Source: Eledone cirrhosa
Taxonomy: Eukaryota
Length of the DNA stretch: 64,000 nt
Reading direction: 5' to 3'
NCBI GenBank assembly: GCA_964016885.1
Contig: OZ024740.1
Location: 61,318,001-61,382,000 of the forward strand
Below the pieces are notes generated by a model that ran no database searches, was not told the DNA's origin, and saw nothing but the letters and a program-made list of their open reading frames with translations. How positions within the stretch are numbered: the stretch's first letter is position 1; each line of letters starts with the position of its first letter. Of this stretch, positions 1 to 14,755 are shown one piece after another. The position numbers and the translations under genes are program-made.

Positions 1-72
1 TGGCTGGTTCACTGGCTGGCTGGCTGGCTGGTTGATTGGCTGACTGGTTAACTGTCTGACTCGTTGAATGGT

Positions 73-107
<35 letters not shown>

Positions 108-110
108 GTG
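1..110. repeat. (TGGC)n tetranucleotide microsatellite, degenerate
   Basis: tggctggctggc runs seen directly. Confidence 0.9.
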
Positions 111-510
111 GTTTGTTCGGTTGTTCGGTGGATCGGTTGTCATACATTCCGTCGTTGCAAGTTCAACGGCACGCCAGCCGTCAGCCGGGCACGCGACAAT
201 CACCTACCTACCTAGCAGCATTCCCTTCTTACAATGGGCTCGCTTCTCTCTCTCGCACTCTCACCCTCTCTTTCATATATTCTGCTAACTTTACAATCCC
301 ACACTAATATCCTACATTGAAGTTCATCAATTCTTTTTTTCTTTTTTTTGACAACACACACACTGATAGATACATACGTTGATACATGCACACACATATA
401 CATATATATCTGAATACATAAAACACATACACATACGAGCATATATATATATATATTATATATAAATGAAAGGTATAGAAAGTATTGTAGCAAGAAGCCA
501 ACAGTATTCC

Positions 511-595
<85 letters not shown>

Positions 596-994
596 CATAC
601 ATAAAATCATACACACATATATAGACACGAACATATATACATAATATAAATTACATATATGCATACATACATGTCTTTTAAACTTTAACTACCACTATTT
701 ACCATATCATTCTAAAATCTACTAATAACAATAACAACAATACTACTAATACTTTTACTATTAATAATGGTAATGACAAAGTATAATTCTAGCTTGTTGC
801 TTAGTTAGGTCGACCTTCTGTGTGCGCTGGCTGACTCAAGATCAAAACCAACTTTCAATGGATTATATCATACAGACCTTTGGGGATTACACATATCTAT
901 GTACATATACAAAGACATGGATTGCTCTACAGATGCAAACATAAATATATCTATGTTGATATAGAAATACACACACACGCACGCACACACATAG

Positions 995-1025
<31 letters not shown>

Positions 1026-1511
1026 CACGAAAAAATCATATATTCAAAAAGAAGGAGAAAGTAAATTCAAACACACAATTTATAGACAAATACTAAAAAC
1101 AATACTTGCGGTGCACACGGGTAAATATCAACACTACACACATAGTAGCAACACTACATACATAGTATATACATATACTATGTATATGTATATATATATG
1201 TGTGTATATATATATATGTGTGTGTGTGTGAAGTGAGGCACTAATCAATATGATTTTAATTTGATGAGATCCATTGTTAAAAAATCACACTAGAAAAATT
1301 GAAAACATGACTTTAGAATTATTTTACGGCCCTAACGTATTGTGAGGCCCTAAACTGTAATCTTATGTCTATATCCGATATTCCATATGTATATACCTAT
1401 GTACACACAGAAACAGACACACACCGTTGTATATAAACCGATATATATATATATTTTAAAATTTCATACTTAAAAACAAATACAAGTGTACTTCACATTC
1501 TACAATTCTAA

Positions 1512-1512
<1 letters not shown>

Positions 1513-1543
<31 letters not shown>

Positions 1544-1584
1544 ACACACACACACACACACACACGCGCACACACGCACGCACG

Positions 1585-1676
<92 letters not shown>
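1513..1676. repeat. (CA)n microsatellite upstream of the FoxN exon
   Basis: ~160 bp of near-pure CA. Confidence 0.95.
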
Positions 1677-1677
<1 letters not shown>

Positions 1678-1867
1678 CCGAATTGATGTTTTGTTGAAGT
1701 TTTACAAGCGGAAAAAAATTCACCTTGACTACAAATGTGTCCTACCCGGAATTATTCGTCCACTGCGAACGTTGGAAGGGGTTAAGATTTTGTGTGTGTC
1801 TCTCTCTTCCTCTCTCTATATAGTTGTATATGTACATGTGTATCTCTATAGAAGGGCTTTGACAGAA

Positions 1868-4740
<2,873 letters not shown>

Positions 4741-4811
4741 GTAAGTAAATTACATTCTATTTATGTTTTTAAAAAAAATATATTTAAGGAATTTTTATTT
4801 ACAGTAATAAT

Positions 4812-5000
4812 AATAATTGTTTCTACTTTTGGCACAAGGCCAGCAATTACGCAGTACATTACTGGTACTTTATTTTATCGACCCCGAAAGAATGAAAGGC
4901 AAAATTAACCTCGGCGGGATTTGAACTTAGACCGTAAAGGGCCGTAACTCTATGCTGCAAAGCATGGCGTCCGACCCTCTACCGATACTGCCAATCCAAG
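4812..5000 (-). mobile_element. tRNA-derived SINE (dominant family)
   Basis: Reverse complement of the family consensus: A-box TGGCAGTATCGGTAGAG, B-box-like GTTCAAATCC, CTTTCAT..GGGGTCGATAAAATAAAGTACCAG block, tail GGCCTTGTGCC..AGTAGAAACAATTATT. Confidence 0.9.
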
Positions 5001-5002
5001 GT

Positions 5003-5350
5003 TTCTCTATTGGCCACAAGGGCTAACATGAAGAAAAACATAACAGATGGCACAGAACGGTACAGGACGTTTCAAAGTGGGTTTTGGTCGTGTAAAAAGG
5101 TTATAACAAGAAAATAGGAATGTGTAAAAATAACCAAAAAATTTCAAACAACAGAAATTCCTCAATAGGGGGGGGGGGGGGGGGGGGGGGGAAACCTCCG
5201 AGGTTCACTCGTGGCGAAAATCGCACAAAAGACCACGGCCACCCTGACCACCAGGGCAAGCGCCCTCTCTCAGTTCTCCCACTCCTCAGTGTACAGGCGT
5301 ATACTCAGAGCCGGGCCCGTTCTCTCGAACCAGACCCGCCACTTTCACGG
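5003..5350 (-). mobile_element. 3' end of a LINE (Tx1-like?), related to 23420-23630
   Basis: Shares the GCCCTTGTGGCCAATA terminus with 23603-23620; clade assignment is tentative. Confidence 0.45.
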
Positions 5351-5589
5351 TGGATCGGTAGAATCGTAGAACGTCCAACAAATGCTTAGCAGTATTTGTT
5401 CTAGCTATTGACATTCTGAGTTCAAATCCCGCCGAGGTTAACTTTGCCTTTCATCCTTATGGGGTCGATAAAATAAAGTACCAGTAATGCACTGATAATT
5501 ATTGGCCTTGTGCCAAAAGTAGAAACAATTATTATCTATTTATTGATGTGTCTTTATTGTTATTGCTATTCGCGACCACCAATGTATTT

Positions 5590-5875
5590 ATCTTCAATTC
5601 CATGACCAGGCGATGCATTGTGTCCTTGAGCAAGATACTTTATTTCATATTTTTCCAGTTCATTGGACTGGAAGATGAGTTGCAACGATACTAACGCCAA
5701 GCTGTATCGGCCTTTGACTTCCCTTTGGCCATCGGTGGTGTGGAGAGGGGAGACTTGCTTGATTGAACGACATCTGGTCTTCCACAAAATAACTGGCCCA
5801 GGCTTGTTCTTCTGAAAGGAACTTTCCAGGTGCAAACTTATGGTCAGTGATGACCGAATGGATGGGGGAGAATCT
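5590..5875 (+). mobile_element. CORE-type SINE (related copies at ~9430-9680 minus, ~47990-48285 plus, ~63240-63480 plus)
   Basis: TGTGTCCTTGAGCAAGATACTT resembles the MIR/CORE domain; the 63240 copy has a tRNA head with GGTTCGATTCC. Confidence 0.7.
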
Positions 5876-5949
5876 TTGACTTTAACTTTGACTGTCCCTA
5901 ACATCTTTTTACCTTGTGACCAATAAAATAAATTATTATTATTATTATT

Positions 5950-6160
5950 GTGGATTGGCAGTATCGATAGAGCGTCAGACGTCATGCTTTGCGGCATAGA
6001 GTTATGGCCATTTACGTTCTGAGTTCAGATCCGCCGAGGTTAACTTTGCCTTTCATCCTTACAAGGTCGATAAAATAAAACACCAGTAACACACTTGGGT
6101 CGATTTAATCAACTTTTCCCCAAATGTTTGGCCTTGTGCCTAAGTCAGAAACCATTATTA
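5950..6160 (+). mobile_element. tRNA-derived SINE, long variant
   Basis: Matches family consensus, including the GTCGATTTAATC segment. Confidence 0.88.
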
Positions 6161-6179
6161 AAATGCTGTTACACGGCAA

Positions 6180-7350
6180 AGATGTGGCCGGTTTAAGTAT
6201 ATATTTCCTATCAGAACATAACCCATAATCTAGGGGGAGAATCATTCTTGTTCTCTTTCCTATTAAGGTCCTTCCATATGATTCATACCTGTCGTCATTT
6301 TGTATCAAAGATTTTCCGGATAATTCTAGCTGATCCAATTAAACAACCTTTGTACACTACATCCACTCCCAGATTCAAGTCTAGCTTTCCAGGGTTTACT
6401 TTTGAATTCTTTGTCGCTGTTCCCAAGATTCCGATGACAATTTGGGAAGATAATGACCTTGTCAACTTCTTTTTTCTCGCTGTTGAGGATTTCATATTCT
6501 TAGTCAGTATAGTATTTACCTTTCCTTTCTCCTTAAAAATCAATAACAACAACTCTGATATCAAATAAGCATGCTACATCAATTACTAAATATTTTTTCT
6601 TATCGACGACTACAATACCCGGCTTGTATTGTATTTTCTTTTCGGTTTGAAAGGGTAAGTCTTATAGCCGCCTAATTTCTTTGTATTTTAGAACTTTCAT
6701 TTCTGATTCTTTGAAAAATATTAAATGAAGCTTCTTTCCTTTTCTGTGTATGCAATGCCAAATCACTTACAAAACTTCCAGTGAATTAATGCCACTGTCT
6801 ACAATTTTTGTACTCACTCTGCGTAAACTGTTAGCATTCTGAAACTATGAGAACTATATTTTCATCGGTTTCATTTGAATGAATAGTCGTTATCTATCCT
6901 TCCTCTGATCCAATCCAATCCAATCTACCATTAGAACCAGTTCCTGTGTGGTTAAAACAACATCCAAACTCTTTCGTCAATACCCCTTTCATTAGCCAAA
7001 GGTAACCGTCCTTCTCATCCTTTATTTCTTTTATCTCTTTGAATAACACTGAATGGAGCTTCTTCCCTTCAAAGTTTAATTTCCCTTTTCCAAATGCCCC
7101 TGTTATTTTATCGACTGTAGATAACCCTTCTCTTATTACCTTCTTAAGAAAGATTTCTCCTTTCTTTTCCAGATAGAATTCTAGGTCTGTTTCCTCTAGT
7201 TCGACCATCTCTTCAACACTCATTGCCCTCTCCTGCCTTCATCGTTCTGCTCTTTTCCAATATAATCGATCCACATCCGATTAGAGGTGTATACTTCTGT
7301 GGATCGTAAGCAATTTCCTCGTCTTCTTGTTGATAACCTTTAATTCATAT
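6180..7350 (-). mobile_element. Degenerate R4/Dong-like non-LTR retrotransposon 3' portion
   Basis: Minus-strand fragments such as GYLWLMKGVLTKE, followed by zinc-knuckle/REL endonuclease-like remnants and a typical C-terminal 'ILGTA' segment; frameshifted. Confidence 0.6.
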
Positions 7351-7811
7351 ATCAAAATCGTTAGAGCGTCGGACGACATACTTTGTAGCATATAGTTACG
7401 GCTGTTTACATTCTGAGATCAAATCCCACCGAAGTTAGCTTTGCCTTTCCTCCTTACGGGGTCCATAAAATAAAGTACCAGTAAGGCATTGGAATCGATT
7501 TAATCTACTTACCACTCCCCCAAAATTGTTGGCCCTGGGCCTAAATCAGAAACCATTTCTATTTATTCGGTAGTTTCATGGGTTTCTACTGCATCACCAG
7601 GTGCATTTCCATGTTCTTGAGGTGTTTGCAATATTGTGTGTTATTTATTTTTGTAGGAGTTGTATATAGACTCCTGTTGATATACTGCATCAGTTTGGTT
7701 TATGTTGTTTAGCTTGCTGTTTCTGGAATTATTTTAGTGTTTGTTCTGTTGTGTAGCGTATGAGTAATAAGAGGTGTGATATTTTGTTTGGTGGTAAATA
7801 TATACTATATC

Positions 7812-8066
7812 CAGAGGCATAACTAGGGAAAATAGCACCTATGGCTAGCAGTGAAATTGCACCCCTGTCCAGCTCTGTATCTTTACCTATGGGTAAAGTT
7901 TATATAAATGGTTTAATGATCCAGCCACCATAGTGTTCTCACCCATGATAAGCAAAGACAGATCATATATCTGAAGGAGTTTCTTTTTTCCCTCTCCAAC
8001 AAGGAATATTTGACTTTATAGAACGTGCTCCTAGTCCATGCTTGCCATATCCTAGTTATGCCTCTA
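7812..8066. mobile_element. hAT-type MITE (deleted relative of 42608-43310)
   Basis: TIR CAGAGGCATAACTAGG / CCTAGTTATGCCTCT; imperfect 8-bp TSD ACTATATC/ACTCTATG. Confidence 0.8.
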
Positions 8067-10223
8067 ACTCTATGTATTGTGTAATAAGTGTTATGTGTCT
8101 CAGTGTCGGGTGTTTGGTGTGTGGTTTGTGTAGCATTGATGTGTTTAAGATATCTAACATGTTGCTTGTATGAGTTATTGGTGTTGCAGTGTCGGATAAC
8201 GGTTATGAAAGAGTATGTGTCGTGTGGGTTATCGTATTTTATTATCTGTATATTAAGAGCATCCAGCCGTAGAAACCAAACCGAAATCAGTTCTGTGTGA
8301 GCGAATCACGGTTCCCCGACCTGATCTCACACAAAGGGGGGACAGCCTGTCCTACCCATGATAAGCGTGGAAAATGGACGTTAAACGACGATGATGATGA
8401 TGATGATGATTTATAGGGTGTGTGTGTTGGGTGTGGATATTGCACTGTTTGACTTGTGCTATTGAATTAAGAATGTCTTGTGCAGGATATGGGCTGTTCC
8501 TAGCAGAGCTTATTTTGTACTATTAAATGTAATAGAAATTGTATTCACATTTCCTTCTTTCTGTTTTGCTAGCAATATATGTACACAAACACAACTTCAC
8601 TTCATCCATATTCTTGTGTTAGCGTATGTATGCAAAATAAACACATTTAGTTTTTTCCACACAAGCTTCCACTAAGTACGTTTTGCTGTTTATGTTTCGA
8701 TTTTCGATTTTCCGTCTGGGAATTTTAGGGTTCACTTTAACTACCGCTTGGGAAACAAGCATAAAATTGTTCAAGTTTAAAACATTCTTCCAGGAAATGC
8801 CCTACATATATTTGGCAGAAGACAGTTGTTGTTTAGCTCCAGATCAGTTCTGATTGAGCGGACATATGATCAAAGGTGTTCCAATCATAACCACTTCTTC
8901 GATTTGTATATCCAGAACTAAATTGCACAATGAATCATTGCGTTCTTACGACGGTAGGGTATGATTTGTGAGAATATAGCTGCTATTTCTAGCAAGTCCA
9001 GTGACTGCATATAGGTTACTGTTTTGCAGAACTATGATCAAAAGCATTTCGGTCGTAAACATTCCGTCTGGATAAAATCTTATTTTATTTTTGAAGCCCA
9101 GTACATCTTCGAGGGAATTTTCCAAGATGTCTTTCTTTTTTGGAAGATAGTAAGATGTGAATTTGGCTGTTATTTCTACCGGGTAATTACTGTTGGTATT
9201 GGTGGGGGTATTTATCACTAGGTCGACCCTAAACGAGTAGAAATATGATTAAATATTTTAAGAGGGAGGTTGAGTCAGTTTATCAGTCCAAGACAAGAAA
9301 TGTCAATGAAGGGCCGTGAATATCTTTTTTTTTTTTTTTAAATACACCTTTGAATTTATTGTTTAGCTCCCAACTAAACTCTTAAGCCTGAAAATATTGC
9401 CCACAATCATATAGTACACAGGATTTTTTTAAATGTGTGCTTATCCTCAGTTTCATTTTTCATCGGCATTAAGTGACGGGAAGTATATGAATTCCCCCTG
9501 GAAAAGATGCCAGTCCACTGTAGGGTTAACCCCCAGCTACTGTTGGTACTCATTTTCAGTTGAGTGTACTGGAGCAACATGAAACAGAGTGTTTTGTTCA
9601 AGAACACAACACGTCATTTAGTCAAGGAATCAAACCCACGACATTATGATCGTAAGTCCAACACTTTAACCACTAGACTACATCATTAAGAGAATATTTT
9701 AAGTCAGTGGTTCTCAAATTTATTTTGTAATGTAACCCTTATGCAATTTTCCAAAAATCGGGGAACTTTTACCCATATTATACTGACAGTCCCCACCACT
9801 AATTTTAAGACATTAAATGAAACAAAAATTGTTTCAGAATTTATTCCTATAGAAATATATATGATAATAAATTTTGATTAAATTTGATTAAAAGATATCT
9901 TATCTCATGGAACCTTCTTTGGGAAATATAGCTTTAGGTCAGTTGTTCACAAATATATGTTGTCCCGAAAACCATACATACATTTTACGGGCTAACTTTA
10001 ATAAGACATGAAACAAAGAGAGAATTTATTCATTAAAAAATTGTGAAATTTTATTAAAAGACGTATATCGCATAAACCTAAAAATATTTTTCACAGAAGT
10101 CTGGGTTTTCTCGGAATTCATTTTAGGAAACATTGCTCTAGGCTACTTTTTTCTTCCGTATAATTAATATGGGTTCCTTTCGACTCGACAAAAAAGTCCT
10201 GGGATTTATTTATTGTTCTATAG

Positions 10224-10981
10224 CAGGCGTGGGCAACCTTTTTCGAGTAATGGGCCGCATGGGATAAAGCGGGTTACACTACTAAATAATTTAAGGCAAT
10301 TTTGAAATTAGGCGTGCTATTCAGAAAGCCAAACAGACTGCAATTTACTCATGACTGTTCTATAGCATACACAGTAATTGTTGCACTTCGACCGAGTTCT
10401 CATTTCCCGCCTTCGCTTATGACCACTGCCAGAATCTATAGACATATTCTGGATAGTGGAGATTACGCAGCATGTTCATATTTTCACACTTCACTCCTTA
10501 TGCTTAACCATTAGACATTAACAATTCAATGTATCCTAGTTGTTAGGATGTTGTGCTTATGATCGTAACATATCCTAGATAGCACGTTGGGGGTTATAGT
10601 TTTTTGTGAGGGATTTCATGAAAAAAAAAAGAACAACCTTTAATGTATCCGCTGTCACTTCAGAAGTGGGTATGTGGGTTGTAATATACTGCTTTAAATA
10701 ATGTGTTGGTAACAAATGACCATTTCATCATAGCTACAACATGTGTCTTATTTTACTGGCATTGCCTGTGATTATGTCATCAGAGTCTCGAAACAGATTT
10801 TCTTTAAGAATAATTTCAAGCATGTTGTTCTCTTTATCCATAAAATAATTTATGAAATACAAATATAATATGATAAAATAATAATCTGCCGCTCAAAATT
10901 TCTTCCGGGTATACAAAAAAATTTCCAATAAAATGTATCACCAATGAGTAGACACATTTAAAAAAAGGTTTCCCAACCCTG
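10224..10981. mobile_element. hAT-like non-autonomous DNA transposon
   Basis: Ends CAGGCGTGGGCAACCTTTTT ... AAAAAAGGTTTCCCAACCCTG are imperfect inverted repeats. Confidence 0.65.
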
Positions 10982-11503
10982 CTCTACGTTAACCATATGC
11001 ATTACTAATCTAGTGCTTCACATATCTCAATAATTCCGGATCGAACTATAACTCAACAGTAAACATAAAACCCAATGGAAATTGTTAAAACCATATATAT
11101 TGAGGTGTTCAATGAGGCGGGTGTAGTGGAAAAAATACTAGAGTAGGTAAACGCAATGTTGCGTAATTGAGCGACACTGGCTTCACACAGTGATATCATT
11201 TCTTTCATAACAAATGCGAAAAAAGTCTGTCATTATCAGTTTCTTATCATTTTGCGGTCGACAAATAAAGTATCAATATAGTTCTGGGGTTGATTCTTCT
11301 TCTATTGCCTTCTCTGGAAGAAATCGGCTGCTTTCCTTCGAAGGAACATTGAACCCTTGTGCAGATAAATGTAAATAAAATATTGTTTGAAAATAATTTT
11401 GACACAGCCTATTTCTCAAGGTAAATAAAATATTATCAGCATCACAACAGTTTAGTGCCTCAGCCCTTACTCCCATCTTTGTTTCCTTATTTATATTTTC
11501 ATA

Positions 11504-11690
11504 GTGGATTGGCAGTATCGGTAGAGAGTCGGACGCCATGCTTTGCAACATAGTTACGTCCCTTTACCGTCTAAGTTCAAATCCCGCCGAGGTTAACTTT
11601 GCCTTTCATCCTTACGGGGTCGATAAAATAAAGTACCAGTAATACACTGGGGTAATAGCTGGCCTTGTGCCAAAAGTAGAAACAATTATT
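11504..11690 (+). mobile_element. tRNA-derived SINE, short variant
   Basis: Near-consensus copy. Confidence 0.9.
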
Positions 11691-11892
11691 TTTTAATGCA
11701 AGTTTGCCTAGATACGTTTTCGAATGTGTACATTATTATTTTCAGTTAATCATTTTATTTTATTTATTGTAATTATTGTGTAGTTTCATTCGCTTTTATT
11801 TTCTGATTACTTTCAATTCGTGTTTGCAAACTCGGAAATTATTTCATCATATCTTCTAATTACATGTTGACAATGAATAATATCCATCAAGA

Positions 11893-12068
11893 TAATTGTT
11901 TCTACTTTTGGCACAAGGCCAGCAATTACCCAGTACATAACTGGTACTTTATTTTATCGACCCCGTAAGGATGAAAGGTAAAGTTAACCTAGGACGTAAC
12001 TATGCTAAAAAGGGACGTAACTATGCTAAAAAGCATGGCGTCCAACCCTCTACCGATACTGCCAATTC
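11893..12068 (-). mobile_element. tRNA-derived SINE, inverted relative to the 11504 copy, with an internal duplication
   Basis: Reverse complement of consensus; GGACGTAACTATGCTAAAAAG is duplicated. Confidence 0.85.
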
Positions 12069-12148
12069 AAGATAATGTCCTAAATGTTATACTGGAACGT
12101 AATGTCATTTCTATAACTCTCAGTTACTTTTATTATTATTGTTTCTGA

Positions 12149-13284
12149 TGCCAAAAGTAAAAACAATTATTGTTTATGTTTTTCTGGCCTGGTGCCAAAA
12201 GTAAAAACAATTATTGTTTATGTTTTTCTGGCCTGGTGCCAAAAGTAAAAACAATTATTGTTTATGTTTTTCTGGCCTGGTGCCAAAAGTAAAAACAATT
12301 ATTGTTTATGTTTTTCTGGCTTGGTGCCAAAAGTAAAAACAATTATTGTTTATGTTTTTCTGGCTTGGTGCCAAAAGTAAAAACAATTATTGTTTATGTT
12401 TTTCTGGCTTGGTGCCAAAAGTAAAAACAATTATTGTTTATGTTTTTCTGGCCTGGTGCCAAAAGTAAAAACAATTATTGTTTATGTTTTTCTGGCTTGG
12501 TGCCAAAAGTAAAAACAATTATTGTTTATGTTTTTCTGGCCTGGTGCCAAAAGTAAAAACAATTATTGTTTATGTTTTTCTGGCTTGGTGCCAAAAGTAA
12601 AAACAATTATTGTTTATGTTTTTCTGGCCTGGTGCCAAAAGTAAAAACAATTATTGTTTATGTTTTTCTGGCTTGGTGCCAAAAGTAAAAACAATTATTG
12701 TTTATGTTTTTCTGGCCTGGTGCCAAAAGTAAAAACAATTATTGTTTATGTTTTTCTGGCTTGGTGCCAAAAGTAAAAACAATTATTGTTTATGTTTTTC
12801 TGGCCTGGTGCCAAAAGTAAAAACAATTATTGTTTATGTTTTTCTGGCTTGGTGCCAAAAGTAAAAACAATTATTGTTTATGTTTTTCTGGCCTGGTGCC
12901 AAAAGTAAAAACAATTATTGTTTATGTTTTTCTGGCTTGGTGCCAAAAGTAAAAACAATTATTGTTTATGTTTTTCTGGCCTGGTGCCAAAAGTAAAAAT
13001 AATTATTGTTTATGTTTTTCTGGCTTGGTGCCAAAAGTAAAAACAATTATTGTTTTTGTTTTTCTGGCCTGGTGCCAAAAGTAAAAACAATTATTGTTTA
13101 TGTTTTTCTGGCTTGGTGCCAAAAGTAAAAACAATTATTGTTTATGTTTTTCTGGCCTGGTGCCAAAAGTAAAAACAATTATTGTTTATGTTTTTCTGGC
13201 CTGGTGCCAAAAGTAAAAATAATTATTGTTTATGTTTTTCTGGCCTGGTGCCAAAAGTAAAAACAATTATTGTTTATGTTTTTC
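12149..13284. repeat. 44-bp minisatellite, ~26 copies
   Basis: Unit TGCCAAAAGTAAAAACAATTATTGTTTATGTTTTTCTGGC(C/T)TGG; period 44 (12149 to 12193). Confidence 0.97.
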
Positions 13285-14235
13285 TTCTTTCTTCAATTTT
13301 GCTTCCATTTCTTGCCGAGTGTCTTCCCGACACATAGGATAGAGAAACTCACTGCATACTTTGATAAGCCACACAAATAAACACACCAGATTGTTCATGT
13401 CACACACTTTACCAGACACAAGTATATCATTTGCTTTATACACACTATCTGTTTAAAATCATAATTACAAAAGAATAATATTGAACCATATAAGATAGCT
13501 CAATTATTTACAACTTACATAATTATGGAAATAAATTTATGTAAAAATTTACTTTCTCACAGCGATAGTGTTCTCAATATGTGTGCCATACCAGTTCAAA
13601 CAATTCAGTGATAGTAAACAAGGAATCATTCTAATATAAGTTTCTGTTCCTTTTTTTTTTTTTATCATTTCTAGTGATGCCACATTTTTCAATTTCAATG
13701 AGTAATTCTTTATATTTTTTGAGCTTGTCAAATTCTTTCGAGGCAGTATTGGGATCACATGGGATGCTCATATCAACTGTAGTATTTATTTATTTATTTT
13801 TACAATAATATCCAGTCTATTAGCTTTGATAGATCTGTCTGTATATAGAGAATCGTTACATTTCCCCACTCAGTTACAGTCTCAGGGTGATGTTTATTCA
13901 ACTTGTCAGCAGTTTTTATTTTATAATGCTGCCATATTAACCAACTCTGTTATGCCTTGATTTATACTCTATTGGTGCTAAAACTTTACATCCAGAGATT
14001 AAATGGTCCACTGTTTCAATCACATCATGGCAAAATCCGCATTTGGATGTTCTCCAACATGTTTCTCATCACATTGGTTTGATAATTCCAAGTTAATAAG
14101 CTTTGATCTTGAGCATCTAAGATGAAGCCTTCAACCCTGAGCTACGTAGCCACTGATGGGTGTGCTTCGGGTCAACATCAGCTTGTTTGCTACGGGCCAC
14201 ATATTTGCCATGTAAAAGTTGCTGCTCCCACCACG

Positions 14236-14755
14236 TCGATAAAATGAAGTACCAGTCACTCACTGGGGTTGATTTAATCGATTTTCCCCTCCCTCAAATT
14301 GATGGCCTTGTGCCTATATAAGAAACCATTAGTATAAGGACGGTAAATTGGCATTATCGGTAGAGCGTTGGACACCCTGCTTTGCGGCACAGAGTTACGG
14401 CTCTTTACATTCTGAGTTCAAATCCTGCCGAGGTTAACTTTGCCTTTCATCTTTACGACGTCGATAAAATAATGCACCAGTAACGGACTGGAGTCGATTT
14501 AATCGACTTTTCTCTCCCCCCAAATTACTGGCCTTGTGCGTATACTAGAAATCATTGGCAGTATCGGTAGAGGGTCGGACGACATGCTTTGCAGCAAAGA
14601 GTTACGGCCCTTTATGATCTGAGTTCAAATCCCGCCGGGGTTAACTTTGCCTTTCATCCTTACGGGGTCGATAAAATAAAGTACCAGTACGGGGTCGATA
14701 AAATAAAGTACCTGGATAATTGCTGGCCTTGTGCCTAAAGTAGAAACAATTATTA
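14236..14755 (+). mobile_element. Three head-to-tail SINE copies
   Basis: Partial copy ~14236-14330, then copies at ~14337-14556 and ~14557-14755. Confidence 0.85.

Noticed and set aside
120-260. CpG-containing stretch as FoxN promoter or first exon
   Set aside because: No clear core promoter or splice donor; cannot be supported from sequence alone
1691-1867. N-terminal extension of the FoxN ORF from the TTG at 1691
   Set aside because: Non-ATG start; the sequence looks like a pyrimidine-rich intron end or UTR. ATG 1868 is preferred, although an upstream coding exon cannot be excluded.
12149-13284. CRISPR-like regular array
   Set aside because: Units are contiguous with no unique spacers, there are no cas genes, and the context is eukaryotic; it is a minisatellite. 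The same applies to 45378-46310.
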